NCBI RefSeq assembly: GCF_964213995.1
Contig: NW_027590578.1
Coordinates: 62,001-126,000 of the forward strand
Source of the DNA: Mustelus asterias
Taxonomy: Eukaryota
DNA length: 64,000 nt
Direction of reading: 5' to 3'
Shown here in pieces: positions 11,240-23,866 of this stretch (within the stretch, counting starts at the first letter, position 1; every line of letters begins with the position of its first letter). A program made the position numbers and the translations under genes. The notes beneath the pieces were generated by a model. The model ran no database searches, had not been told where the DNA came from, and saw nothing but the letters and a program-made list of their open reading frames with translations.

Positions 11240-12169
11240 ATGGGGAAACCATGGAAATGTGGGGACTGTGGGAAGGAATTCAGGTTTTCGTCACAACTGG
11301 AAATTCATCAGCGCAGTCACACTGGGGAGAAGCCATTCACCTGCGCTGAGTGTGGGAAGGGATTCACTCGGCTATCCTTCCTACAGTCCCACAAGCGAGT
11401 TCACACTGGGGAGAGGCCGTTCACCTGCTCTCAGTGTGGGAAGGGATTCAGTGATTCATCCTCCCGGCGGAGACACCAGCGGGTTCACACCGGGGAGAAA
11501 CCGTTCACCTGCTCGCAGTGTGGGAAGCAATTCCGTGATTCATCCCATCTGTGGAGACACCGGCGAGTTCACAGCGGGGAGAGGCCGTTCACCTGCTCTG
11601 TGTGTGGGAAGGCATTCACTGATCCATCAACCCTGCAGAGACACCAGCAAGTTCATACTGGGCAGAAGCCGTTTATCTGCTCCCAGTGTGGGAAGGGATT
11701 CCCCCTCTCATCCCACCTGCTGACACACCAGAGAGTTCACACTGGGGAGAGGCCGTTCACCTGCTCTGTGTGTGGGAAGGGATTCACCATGTCGGCCCAC
11801 CTATTGAGACATCAGCGAGTTCACACTGGGGAGAGGCCATTCTCCTGCTCTCAGTGTGGGAAGGGATTCAGTGATTCGTCTGCTCTGCAAATACACCAGC
11901 GCGTTCACACTGGGGAGAGACCATTCACCTGCTTTCAATGTGGGAAGGGATTCACTCAGTTATCCAACCTGCAGATACACCAGCGAATCCACACTGGGGA
12001 GAGACCGTTCACCTGCTCTCACTGTGGGAAGACCTTCTCTCGGCTTTTCAACCTGCAGACACACCAGCGAATCCACACTGGAGAGAAACCGTTCACCTGC
12101 TCTCAGTGTGGGAAGAGATTCAGTGATTCATCCTCCCTGCGGAAACACTGGCGAGTTCACACAGAGTAG
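11240..12169 (+). CDS. C2H2 zinc-finger protein, 11 fingers (ZNF-C)
   Basis: 309-aa tandem C2H2 ORF. Acceptor ttttacag|GATATCAG at 10937. A degenerate 12th finger follows the TAG stop (12170-12250). Confidence 0.92.
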   Translation: MGKPWKCGDCGKEFRFSSQLEIHQRSHTGEKPFTCAECGKGFTRLSFLQSHKRVHTGERPFTCSQCGKGFSDSSSRRRHQRVHTGEKPFTCSQCGKQFRDSSHLWRHRRVHSGERPFTCSVCGKAFTDPSTLQRHQQVHTGQKPFICSQCGKGFPLSSHLLTHQRVHTGERPFTCSVCGKGFTMSAHLLRHQRVHTGERPFSCSQCGKGFSDSSALQIHQRVHTGERPFTCFQCGKGFTQLSNLQIHQRIHTGERPFTCSHCGKTFSRLFNLQTHQRIHTGEKPFTCSQCGKRFSDSSSLRKHWRVHTE

Positions 12170-12717
12170 GGGTCGTTCACCTGCTCTCAACGTGGGAATG
12201 GAATTGCTTACTCATTCCATCTGCTGAGACACCAGCGAGTTCACAAGTGATTCCAGGGTTTGGATTCTGCTGTTATTGTTTCTGCTCTCACTTATGTCCA
12301 GGACTGCATTTTGTTCATCCTCACAGTTGGCCAATGGGGAGAGTCGGAGGGTTTCTTGATGCTGGACTGGCCGGACTCACGGCTTTGCCTCCAGTGGGCT
12401 GATGATCTTTGAGCCTGGAAGGGCACATTTCTTGTCTTCCAATTTCACAAGGATCACAAGAGTGAAGGCGCGTTTGTAAGTTCAAAGATATTTAATTCAT
12501 AATTCTGTTTGGAACCCCACTGAAGTATGTGACATTGCCATGGAGATGGGCTGTGGTACTTATATGGTTCTTTTGTTTAATTTATCTGGGTGTTTCTCAC
12601 AGAAGAAAACTAAAACATGAGATCCTGTATCTGAGATGGATTGGGAAACTGCATCAAGAGGTATAATGGGAGACAGGCAATAGCTAATATTTCAGGGATT
12701 ATTACATGTTGACAAGA

Positions 12718-12945
12718 GGGTCAGTTAGCTCAGTTGGCTGGATGGCTTGTTCGTGGTGTGGAGTGGTACCAACAGTGCAGGTTCAACTCCTGTACTGGCT
12801 GAGGTTACACACAATCGCCCCACCTTCTCAACCTTGTCCCTCATTTGATGTGTGGTGACCCTCAGGTTAAAACACCACCGGTCAGCTCCCTCTCAAAGTG
12901 GAGATCAGTCTGTGGTCCTCTGGGACTTTGACCACTTCCATTTCT
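12718..12945 (+). mobile_element. tRNA-derived SINE (degenerate head)
   Basis: A box TAGCTCAGTTGG and B box GGTTCAACTCC, but no intact cloverleaf. Confidence 0.55.
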
Positions 12946-14470
12946 CATATATATAACAAATATAGATTCCTTTAAGGAACAAAAATCCAATGGGAAAAGT
13001 GAAGCAAATATAGATTCCTTTAAGGAACAAAAATCCAATGGGAAAAGTGAAGCTTACAAGAAAAGTTGAAGATTCGATTAGATCCGTGGAAGAGACTTAT
13101 AAAGTGGCCAAAATATTCGTAAGGCCAAGGATTGGGAACTTGCTTTAGAATTCAGCAAAGAAGGACCAAGAAACTGATAAAGAAAGAGAAAACTGAATCT
13201 GAGAGCAAACTAGCGAAACATAAAAACCGACTGAAAAAGCTCCTATCGGTCTGTGAAAAGGAAAAGATTCGCAAAGTCAAATGTGGGTCCATTCCAGGCA
13301 GAGACAGGAGAGTTTATAATGGGGAATAGGAAAATGGCAGAGAAACTGTTGGAGTAAAATTGAGACAGTTCAAGCCATTATTGTGACTTTAAAACTGTTT
13401 AAGCCATTATTGTGAATTCAAAACTGTGCCTACAAGAAATGCAGTGTATGTGACTTTGCACTCTGTGGTTAACCACAAACACTCGAGCCCTGACTAGTGA
13501 CAAGCCGGGGTGAGCTTTGTCTCATTTTAGTGTAAAAGTGCAAAGCAAGCAGGAATAGTCAGACAGCAAAGGACAGGAATAGTCAGGTACCTCACAAGCA
13601 GATGGCCTGAAAGGGGAACTGAAACAGTGAGGTATGATTCTTGTTTTCAACGAAATGTGATTGGGAGTTATTGATAACTAGCTATTGTCAAGGGGCCCAA
13701 TTGGCTAAAGCGTGTAACCGCCTACGGCTTGATGCGAGACTACCGATGTTTTGATGTATATAAGCACGCTTGCCGCCAAGCAAGATTAAGAAACTATCAG
13801 GGTTTCTTCCGAAGCGCTTCGATTTAATAAACTACGTGTTGAATCTCAACTCTGATCTCCGAGTGGTGACTTTTCCCACAACAGAAACTAAACACTGTGT
13901 GTCTGTCTTCACAGAGGAAGATACGGAAATCATCCCAAAAACACGAGAGAACCAAGGGAGTAGTCAGCATGAGGGACGGAAAGAGATTAGTGAAAAGGTA
14001 GTACTGGAGAAGTTAATGGGATCCAAAAATCCCCAAAAGCTGATGATCCGCATGTCGGAGTGTTGGAAGAGGTGGCTGGAGAGATAGTGATACATTGGTC
14101 ATCTTTGCAAATTCTATAGATTCTGGAATGGTTGCTGCAGATTGGAAGGTGGTAAATGTAACCCCACTGTTTAAGGAGGGAGAGAGAAAATGGGAACCAC
14201 AGACCCACCAGCCTGACATCAGCAGGAGGGAAAATGCTGCGATCTATTATAAAGGATACTCTTGGGCACCCAGATTCCTCTGAATCTCAGAGCTCTCGAA
14301 TTTCTCACCATTTAGATCATAAATTTTTTTATTCTTCCAGCCAAATTTGACAATTTCACATTTTCCCGCACTATATTCCATTTGCCGTATCTTTTCCCAC
14401 TCACTTAACTTATCTGCGTCACTTTGTATCTCCTTACCACCTCTTCACGACTTACTCTCCTGCCGATCTT
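12946..14470 (+). mobile_element. Degraded CR1 LINE fragments hosting a solo LTR
   Basis: Residual DWKVVNVTPLFK and SVFTEED motifs. A short minus-strand CR1 piece lies at ~14260-14470. Confidence 0.55.
13347..13883 (+). mobile_element. Solo LTR (537 bp) with 5-bp TSD GAAAC
   Basis: TGTTG...CAACA termini. TSD at 13342-13346 and 13884-13888. TATATAA at ~13757 and AATAAA at ~13826. Confidence 0.8.
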
Positions 14471-15039
14471 TGTATCATTGGAACATAGGAGCAGGAGCTG
14501 GCCATTCAGCCCATCGAGCCTGCTCTCCCATTCAATCCAATCAGGGCTGATCATCCACTTCAATGCCTTTTCCCCCACACTGTCCCCATATCCCTTTGTG
14601 ATATTGGTATTTAGAAATCTATCAATCTCTGCTTTAAAAAAACACTCAATGACTGAACTTGCACAGCCCTCTGGGGTAGAGAATTCTAAAGATTCATAAC
14701 CGTCTGAGTGAACCCAAACAGGTGCGGAGTGTGGCAACTAGGGGATTTTCACAGTAACTTCATTGCAGTGTTAATGTAGGCCTACTTGTGACAGTAATAA
14801 TGAACTTTTAAAAATAGAATTATCTCCCCTGAGACCGGACCTAAGTGGATTCCCCTTTATTTCAAAATTGTGTTTCCTGCTTCTAGACTCCCCGGGGGAA
14901 ACTTCTCATCTGCACCTCCCCTGTCTATTCCTTTAAGTATTTTATAAGTTTCAATGAGATCACCTTTCATTCTTTGAAACACCAGAGAATGCAAACTCGG
15001 CAAAGCAGCCAGCATAATTAAGGACCCCACGCACCCAGG

Positions 15040-15570
15040 CAAGTCGTGGGGGTTACAGATAGTGTGACATGAACCCAGGATCCCGGTTGAGGCCGTCCTC
15101 GTGTGTGCGGAACTTCGCTGTCAGTTTCTGTTCGGCCATTCTGCGTTATCGTGTGTCTTGAAAGCCGCCTTGGAGAACGCTTACCCAAAGATCAGAGGCT
15201 GAATGCCCGTGACCGCTGAAGTGTTCCCCGACAGGGAGAGTACACTCCTGCCTGGTGATTGTCGAGCGGTGTCCTTTCATCCATTGTTGTAGCATCTGCC
15301 TAGTCTCAAAATCTCACTAACTGTCCTGGCTTGAGACAATTAACCTGTGCTTAACCCTCTCTCCACTTGCATTGTCTGCACCTGTAAAGACTTGATTACC
15401 TGTTAAGACTCGCATTCCAACCATTATCTTGTAATTGAGTCTGTGTCTATATATGCCCTGTTTATGAATCCAACTCTTCACTCACCTGAGGAAGGGGCAG
15501 CGCTCTGAAAGCTTGAGCTGCCAAATGAACCTGTTGGACTTGAACCTGGTGTTGTGAGACTTCTTAGTAA
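15040..15570. mobile_element. Penelope-like element fragment (inverted halves) with degenerate hammerhead motif
   Basis: Minus-strand GIY-YIG C-terminal remnant homologous to 44384-44860. CTGAGGA...GAAA motif at 15486-15510. Confidence 0.65.
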
Positions 15571-15574
15571 TGCT

Positions 15575-15892
15575 GAGGAAATTCAGCATATCTGCCATGA
15601 CTCTCACCAGCTTTTACAGATACACCATAGAAAGCATTCAAGTCTGAGATCACATACCAACCGACTCAAGAACACCTTCTTCTCTGCTGCCATCAGACTC
15701 TTGAATGGACCTATCTTGCATTAAGCTGATCTTTCTCTTCACCCTAGCTATGACTTTAACACTATTTTCTGCACATTCTCCTTTCTTTCTCCCTGATGTA
15801 CTCTATGAACAGTATGTTGTTTTGTCTGTATGTTGCGCAAGAAACAATACTTTTCACAGTATCCCAATACAAGTGATAATAAATCCAATCAA
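15575..15892 (+). mobile_element. Rex1/Babar-like LINE 3' fragment
   Basis: Same 3' end family as 10105-10608. Confidence 0.55.
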
Positions 15893-16264
15893 AGACGTTA
15901 CCACTGTGTCACCTTCTTCCCTAATTGGAGGAGGGCAGGGAGCTCGGAGGGTTGTGGGGCTGGTGGAGGTTCCAGAGACTGTCCATCGTGGAGAAAGTGG
16001 CTGCCTCCACGGAGCTTCAAGCACTGCTCTGACTTGCCTCCATGCAGGTCATCACCATAAACTGTAAATCTCGGTGTCAGATTTGACCCCAAGGTGAATG
16101 AGCGATGTGAGATCCACGATTGGTGCATTCATACTGATCAGACATAGTTAAAATGTTCTGTGTGAGGGGAAAAGAAACATTTGTTAACCCCAGTTGCTGA
16201 GATTCCGATGAGTTAACACTTAAATCTTGTGGTTTGTTTTGCTCTTAATTACAACCTAAAGAAC

Positions 16265-16723
16265 CTTTTGTTGATGTTTTGTCTGCACTTCAGTCCCACG
16301 CTCCTGATCTACGGACACCCGGTGCGGAGAGGGGAGGGTCGGGATGGCGACCTCCTCATGAACCTGCTCCTGGGCCTGGCGAAACGCGCCATTTACCGGT
16401 CCAGGCTGCGGGCGATCGAGGGGGCCGTCCATCCTGACTGTCTGCCCCTCTACCGCGGCTACGTTCGCGGCCAGGTGTCCCTGGAGAGGGAGCATGCGGT
16501 GTCCACGGGCGCGGTTGACGCTTTCCGCGCCCGCTGGGCACCGCAGGGGTTGGGGTGCATTATTGACCCCAATAATCACATTTTAATTTGATGTTTTTAA
16601 GTTTCCTTTGTACTTTGATTTCTGTTCGGGCTGTTCCCCCTCCTTTTTGGGGAGCTGCCCCTTTTACTTTGTCCTGACTTAATCTGAGTTTGTTTACTTG
16701 GTTTGATTTGACCTAAAAAAGAG
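16265..16723 (+). mobile_element. Tx1-clade LINE 3' fragment (ORF2 C-terminus plus T-rich 3' UTR)
   Basis: LLIYGHPV...LLMNLLLGLAKRAIYRSR...F.ARW...*, then a T-rich UTR ending tttgatttgacctaaaaaagag. Confidence 0.6.
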
Positions 16724-16905
16724 GACAACCAGGGCTATGCTGGAGGGTCATTTTGGTTGCGGTATCAATTAATTTAATAATTTTATATCTTGGGTCCTGT
16801 AGCTCCACCATAATTCGATCAAAAATGATAGTTTTCTATTCAGCAATGTCATTTCCCAATGGTGGGGTGTTTACCCAGCATCCCCACCATATATAATGTG
16901 CCCAT

Positions 16906-18062
16906 GGGCAGCGATGTGGGCACAGTGGGTTAGCACTGCTGCCTCACAGCGCCTGGGACCCAGGTTCAATTCCAGGCTTGGGTCACTGTCTGCGCAGAGT
17001 CTGCACGTTCTTCCTCTGCCTGCGCGTTCCCTCCAGTTGCTCCGGTTTCCTCCCACAGTCCGAAAGACGTGCTGGTTAGGCACATTGGCCGTGCTAAATT
17101 CTCCCTCAGTGTTACCCGAACAGGCTCCAGAGTGTGTGGCGACTAGGGGATTTTCACAGTAACCTCATTGCGGTGTTAATGTAAGCCTACTTGTGACACT
17201 AATGAATAAACTTAAACTGAATTCACTATTGGGCACTCTGGGGCAGGCACGGTGAATGAAGCATGAGCATTCCCAGTCCAAAGATGTGTGGGTTAGAGAA
17301 ATCATAGAAACCCAGAGTGGGCTTGGAGGGCCGAAGGGCCTGTTCCTGTGCTGTATTGTTCTTTGTTCCTACAGTGCAGAAAGAGGCCATTTGGCCCATC
17401 GAGTCTGCACCGACCACAATCCCACCCAGGCCCTACCCCCGTACCCTTACATATTAACTTGTTAATCCCTCGAACCTGCACATCTCAGTACACTAAGGGG
17501 CAATTTTAGCATGGCCAACCAACCTAACCCGCACGAACCCACCTTTGGGTTAGGTGGATGCTCAGGTGGGTGGCACGGTAGCATAGTGGTTAGCACTGCT
17601 GCTTCACAGCTCCAGGGACCTGGGTTCGATTCCCAGCTCGGGTCACTGTCTGTGTGGAGTTTGCACATTCTCCTCGTGTCTGGGTGGGTTTCCTCCGGGC
17701 TCCGGTTTCCTCCCACAGTCCAAAGATGTGCGGGTTAGGTTGATTGGCCATGCTAAAAAAATTGCCCCTTAGTGTCCTGGGATGCGTAGGTTAGAGGGAT
17801 TAGTGGGTAAGTATGTAGGGATATGGGGGTAGGGCCTGGGTGGGATTGTGGTCGGTGCAGACTCGATGGGCCGAATGGCCTCTTTCTGTACTGTAGGATT
17901 TCTATGATTTCTATGATTGGTTATGCTAAATTGACCCTAGTGTTAGGGGAATTAGCAAGATAAATGTGTGGGGTTACGGGAATAGGGCCTGGGTGGGATT
18001 GTGGTTGGTGCAGACTCAATGGGCCGAATGGCCTCCTTCTGCACTGCAGGGATTCCATGATT
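16906..18062 (+). mobile_element. Cluster of nested HE1-type V-SINEs and CR1 tails
   Basis: Several A/B-box heads and V-domain copies (16906-17215, 17568-17918, plus partial copies). Confidence 0.8.
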
Positions 18063-18430
18063 CAGTGCGGTCTTTCCTCTGGGCATGCGCGTTGCGGTCT
18101 TTTTCCTTGAACATGCGCACTGCAGCCTTTCACCTGAGCATGCGCGGTGCGTGTTCCATCTGGTGCATGCGCAGTTTAGATGCTGGCGCCGCAGTGAGGC
18201 GGTAACCACGGTTTGGACACGAGTGACTAACGGCTGATGGTCGGGGGGCAATGGAGGCGGCGGCGGCATGGCGAGGGAGGTTTCATAAACACCCAGTGGA
18301 GGCCTCAGACCAGGATTAACACTCTAAACGTCCCGGGTTTTGTCCACAACAGCCACGGGACTGAACCTGACGACAGGCCCGAGTTAACGGCCGCCATCTT
18401 GGCAGCGGCAGTGCGCATGCGCAGTTCTCC
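18063..18430. promoter_or_regulatory. CpG island / ZNF-type promoter upstream of ZNF-D
   Basis: Multiple (T)GCGCATGCGC NRF1-like sites and GCCGCCATCTTG (YY1-like) at ~18390. Homologous to 29220-29620. Confidence 0.6.
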
Positions 18431-18566
18431 CCAGGAGAGCATGTTGTGAATTTCTATCCATGACTTTTAAAAGAGAACATGAGAAGAACAGGATTTGAAG
18501 GTGGAAAACTCAACTAAACATTCACACCCAATCCTCAGAGAGTCACTCAGTTCATCGGGACCTGAA

Positions 18567-19508
18567 TGTAAGTGTTTCTGCTTTATTGTGAAGTTATACG
18601 AACCAAGGAATAGCATGATGGGAAAATTGGTGCAATATAAGCATGGTAGCACAGTGGGTTAGCACCGCTGCTTCACAGCTCCAGGGACCTGGGTTCGATT
18701 CCCGGCTCGGGTCACTGTCTGTGTGGAGTTTGCGCATTCTCCTCGTGTCTGCGTGGGTTTCCTCCGGGTGCTCCGGTTTCTTCCCACAGTCCAAAGATGT
18801 GCGGGTTAGGTCGATTGGCCATGGTAAAATTGCCCCTTAGTGTCCTGGGATGCGTAGGTTAGACGGATTAGTGGGTAAAATATGTAGGGATATGGGGGTA
18901 GGGCCTGGGTGGGATTGTGGTCGGTGCAGACTCGATGGGCCGAATGGCCTCTTTCTGTACTGTAGGGTGATTCTATGATAAGAAAGCTGACTTTGCATAA
19001 CTTATGATACCCCTGACTGATAAGGCTGACTACGCATAACTTAAGACATGAATGAGATCAAAGAAGGTCAAGCTATTCCAATTGCCTGACCTCTAAGGCT
19101 TGATAAGATTGATTCCTCATAGCCTAAGGCTATAGGAGTAAATAAAACAAGACAAGGTCAGGGATGATGGAAATCACCAAACTTCTTCTGTTACATCAAT
19201 GGGCAAGATAAGGGTATGAATGATGCGACAAAAAGTTCTAGGAGGTCAGCAGGTTATGACATGATTAATGGTATTGCTTATACTTCTATTAATGATCGAA
19301 TCCCTGAATAAGCTCTGGTGACGCTAACTGATAATGATTATGTATAAATACTGGACTGTTTCTTTCCCTAAACGTGGACTTGTGGAAGAATCAGCAGTTG
19401 TACCAACTGCTCTCTGACCTCAAGTTTCAGCCATATACTGCATGCAGTCTTGTCGTAAATAAAGGCTAGTTATTTTGTCTGAATGAACTTTGTTGAGTTT
19501 TTCTATCA
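18567..19508 (+). mobile_element. Probable solo LTR interrupted by an HE1 SINE (18640-18980)
   Basis: TGT...TCA ends, TATAAA at ~19343, AATAAA at ~19458. No clear TSD found. Confidence 0.4.
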
Positions 19509-20107
19509 GTCAAGCAGCAGGAAAGTTTCCACTTCAACATTATCTGTGGTTAAAGATTTAAACATGCGCAGCTGTAAATAGGGAAGAGCAAGATTTGAAA
19601 GCAAGGAGGCGAATATTCCATTGAGGTGCTCCTTAACCGGGAGGCTATGTACGTCAGTGAGCAAAGCGATTGTGAGTGAGTGAATGGGTCTCACTGCAGA
19701 AGGCAGAGGCAGCAGAAATCTGGATAAATTCAAATCCCTATCCTGAAGGGCATGAGTGAACTAGTTGTTTTGTTAAACAATGATCCCAGAAACTTTCATG
19801 GTCACTTAACGTGGAAACTAGAAGCAGGAGTCGGCCATTGAGCCGTTTGAGCATGCTCCGCCATTCATTTTGATCATGGCTGATCATATTCAATATCCTG
19901 ATCCCACCTTCCCCCATATCCCTTAGCCCCAAGGGCTATATCTAATTTATTCTTGAAATCGGACAACATTTTGGTCTCAACTGCATTCTGTGGTGGTGAA
20001 TTCCACACATTCGCCACCTTCTAGATGAAGAAATTTCTCTTCACCTCAGTTCTAAAAGGTTTGACCCTTATCCTCAAACTATGACCTCCAGTTCTGGACT
20101 TCCAGGG

Positions 20108-20447
20108 CTGGCACGGGAGCACAGTGATTCGCACTGCTGCTTCACAGCTCCAGGGACCTGGGTTCGATTCCCGGCTTGGGTCACTGTCTGTGTGGAGTTT
20201 GCACATTCTCCTCATGTCTGCGTGGGTTTCCTCCGGGTGCTCCGGTTTCCTCCCACAGTCCAAAGATGTGCGGGTTAGGTTGATTGGCCATGCTAAAAAA
20301 AAAAATTGCCCTTAGTGTCCTGAGATGTGTAGGTTAGAGGGATTAGTGGGTAAATATATGGGGGTAGGGCCTGGGTGGGTTTGTGGTCGGTGCAGACTCG
20401 ATGGGCCGAATGGCCTCTTTCTGTACTGTAGGGTTTCTATGATTCTA
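20108..20447 (+). mobile_element. HE1-type V-SINE inserted in a CR1 3' fragment
   Basis: Full head, V-domain and tail, with ctag/ccagttctggacttcc repeated on both flanks. Confidence 0.8.
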
Positions 20448-20752
20448 TTACCCCTAGTTCTGGACTTCCCTACTATTGGCAACATTCTTTCTGAATCTAC
20501 TCTGTCTAATCCTGTTCGAATTTTATAAACTTTTTCCGAGTGCCAGTCCCACAAATTGCCAGAATCATTCGGCTCAATTTCTACCTTTGTCTTTTTGTGT
20601 GTTCTCTGTCACTCCCTTTTTTCTGTTTTTACTCTATTTCACAGGACATCAGAAAGGGAGGATTTGCAGCGGGGGAAACTCAAACCCATCATCTCAACAG
20701 GATCTGACAGTCGTCCAGTTTTTCTTAACCCGAATACCTTTGGATTTTGAGC

Positions 20753-21622
20753 ATGGAAGGAGAGAGCACAGTCCAGAGTGGGGGGAAACTGCACGCGTGC
20801 TCTGTGTGTGGGCGGGGCTTCAGCCAATCACATGACATCTTGAGCCACAAGTGCAGTCACAAGGAGGCGAAACCGTGGAAATGTGGGGATTGTGGGAAGG
20901 AATTTAATTATCCAGTTGAGCTGGAAACTCACCGGCGCAGTCACACCGGGGAGAGACCATTCACCTGCTTCACGTGTGGGAAGGGATTCAGTCTGTCGTG
21001 CAACTTGTTGGCTCACCAGCGAGTTCACTCCGAAGAGAGACCCTTCAAATGCCCTGTCTGCGGGAAGTGCTATAAAAGTTCCAACGAACTGATGCGCCAT
21101 CAACGTATTCACACTGACGAGAGACCATTCAGGTGCTCTCAGTGCGGCACTGGGTTCAGGCAATTATCTGACCTCACTGTGCACCAACGAATCCACACTG
21201 GAGAGAGTCCATTCATCTGCACGTACTGTGGAAAGGGATTTACTCGGTCTTCACGCTTGCTGACACATCAGCGAGTCCACACCGGGGAGAGACCATTCTC
21301 CTGCTCCCAGTGTGGGAAGGGATTCACTAATTCGTCCAGCCTGCTGAAACACCGGCGAGTTCACACCGGGGAGAGGCCGTTCACCTGCTCCGTGTGTGGG
21401 AAGGGATTCAGTGGGTCGACAGACCTGCTGGAACACCAGCGGGTTCACACTGGGGAGAGGCCGTTCACCTGCTCTACATGCGGGAAGCAGTTCACTCAGT
21501 CGTCAACCCTGCTGACACACCAGCGAGTTCACACTGGGGAGAAGCCATTTGCCTGCTCTGTGTGTGGGAAGGGATTTGCTCATTCATCCACCCTGCTGAG
21601 ACACCAGCAAGTTCACAAGTAA
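20753..21622 (+). CDS. C2H2 zinc-finger protein, 10 fingers (ZNF-D)
   Basis: ATG at 20753 (MEGESTVQ...), tandem C2H2 to ...HQQVHK*. Acceptor tttcacag|GACATCAG at 20645. Confidence 0.9.
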   Translation: MEGESTVQSGGKLHACSVCGRGFSQSHDILSHKCSHKEAKPWKCGDCGKEFNYPVELETHRRSHTGERPFTCFTCGKGFSLSCNLLAHQRVHSEERPFKCPVCGKCYKSSNELMRHQRIHTDERPFRCSQCGTGFRQLSDLTVHQRIHTGESPFICTYCGKGFTRSSRLLTHQRVHTGERPFSCSQCGKGFTNSSSLLKHRRVHTGERPFTCSVCGKGFSGSTDLLEHQRVHTGERPFTCSTCGKQFTQSSTLLTHQRVHTGEKPFACSVCGKGFAHSSTLLRHQQVHK

Positions 21623-21829
21623 GTCAGTGTGATTGGATTTTGCTGTTTCATCCATTGGGGTCTACTTCTGATGATAATAAAGGCCAATCCCGTTACAGGA
21701 ATTAATATTCCAGACAAACGCCAAATCAGTTTTGCGATAAAACATTTCAACATCTCTAATACATGTCCGTTCCTTTTTAAGAGCTCTCCCCCTCTCCTGT
21801 CTCCCAGATCCTCAACTCCAAAAAGACAG

Positions 21830-23557
21830 CAGAGCCTTGAGTTCTTTGAGGGAGTAAGAAGTAGGGTGAATAAAGGGGAGGCACAGTAAGAAGTTTCACA
21901 ACACCAGGTTAAAGTCCAACAGGTTTATTTAGTAGCAAATACCATAAGCTTTCGGAGCACTGCTCCTTCAGTGAGAATAAAGGGGAGCCAGTAGATGTGG
22001 TATGTGTTGGATTTCCAAAGGCATTCAGTAAGGTCATAGAAATCATAGAAACCATAGAAACCCTACAGTACAGAAAGAGGCCATTCGGCCCATCGAGTCT
22101 GCACCGACCACAATCCCACCCAGGCTCTACCCCCATATCCCTACATATTTTACCCACTAATCCCTCTAATCTATGCATCCCAGGACACTAAGGGGCAATT
22201 TTAACATGGCCAATCAACCTAACCCGCACATCTTTGGACTGTGGGAGGAAACCGGAGCACCCGGAGGAAACCCACGCAGACACGAGGAGAATGTGCAAAC
22301 TCCACACAGACAGTGACCCAAGCCGGGAATCGAACCCAGATCCCTGGAGCTGTGAAGCAGCAGTGCTAACCACTGTGCTACCGTGCCGCTACATAAAAGG
22401 TTACTGCACAAGTTCATGGTGTTGGGGGTGCGATATTAGCAGAGATGGAGTCTTGGCTAACTGATGAGTTGGGACAAATGGGTCATTTTCAGGGTGGCAA
22501 AGTCTAACTAGTGGAGTGCCACTGGGGTCAGTGTTGGGACCTCAACTATTCAGGCTCTATGTTCATGATTGGATAATGGGACAAATTGTATCGGAGCTAA
22601 ACTTGCTAATGGAGATGGAAGGGCAGGTTGAGAGAGCAGTTAATAAAGCAGATAGCATCTGAGGCTTTATTAATGGGGGCACAGAGTACAAGATTAGGAA
22701 GGTCACGTTGAACTTGTATAAGACACTTGTTTGGCCTCCTCTGGAGAACTACATCCAGTTCTTAGTGCCACACTTGAGGAAGGCGTTGAAGAGTACAGAG
22801 GAGATTCACAAGAATGATTTCAGGCATAAGGAACTGCAGCTACGAGGATAGATTGGAGAGGTTGGGATTCTCTTCCTTGGAGAACAGAAGGCTGAGAGAA
22901 GATTTGATTAATCCTGAAGGGTATAGAACATATAGAACAGTACAGCACAGTACAGGCCCTTCGGCCCACGTTGTTGTGCCGAGCTTTGTCCGAAACCAAG
23001 ATCAAGCTATCCCACTCCCTCTCATTCTAGTGCGCTCCATGGCTTGCGTAAATACTGAGAAACTGTCCCCTCTCAAGAGAACATCATGAACAGAAGGTGA
23101 AGTCGCAAGGGATCAGAGGTGAGCTGGCCAGATGGATGCAGAACTGGCTCGGTCATAGAAATAATCATTTGCTCCCAAATAAACCTGTTGGACTTTAACC
23201 TGGTGTTGTTAAAACTCTTACTCGGCCATAGAAGACAGAGGGTAGCAGTGGAAGGGTGCGTTTCTGAATGGAGGGCTGTGACAAGTGGCGTTCCTCAGGG
23301 ATCAATGCTGGGACCTTTGCTGTTTGTAATATATATAAATGATTTGGAGGGAAATGTAACTGGTTTGATTGGTAAGTTTGCGGACGACACAAAGGCTGGT
23401 GGATTTGCGGATAGCAGTGAGGACTGTCAGAGGATACAGCAGGAGATAGATCGGTTGGAGACTTGGGCGGAGAGGTGGCAGATGGAATTTAATCCGGACA
23501 AATGTGAGGTAATGCATTTTGGAAGGTCTAATACAGATAGGAAATATACAGTAAGTG
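21830..23557 (+). mobile_element. Degraded CR1 RT fragments with nested HE1 SINE (22036-22388, minus) and Penelope pieces
   Basis: [31 protein letters not shown] motifs. Confidence 0.75.
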
Positions 23558-23866
23558 GCAGTCACACTGGGGAAAGACCATTCATCTGCCCTGAGTGTGG
23601 GTAAGGCTTCACTCAGTCATACAGCCGGCTGCTGCACCAGCAAGTTCACACCAGGGAGAGAATTTCAACTGTTCCGAGTGCGGGGAAAGGATTCACTCAG
23701 TCAACCCACCTGCTGGAACACCAGCAGATTCACACTGATGAGAGACCTTTTGAATGCAGAAAATGTGGGAAGTGCTTTAAGAGTTCTTGGGAACAAATGT
23801 CCCATCAAAGAATTCATGATGAGAGACCTTTTCAATGCCCAGATTGTGGGAAATGCTTTAAAAGTT
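23558..23866 (+). pseudogene. C2H2 zinc-finger relic E (~3.5 fingers, stop and frameshift)
   Basis: [13 protein letters not shown]...[19 protein letters not shown]... fused directly to CR1 at its 5' end. Confidence 0.8.

Noticed and set aside
12718-12805. Possible tRNA gene
   Set aside because: A and B boxes are present, but there is no valid anticodon arm or cloverleaf and it continues into a SINE body.
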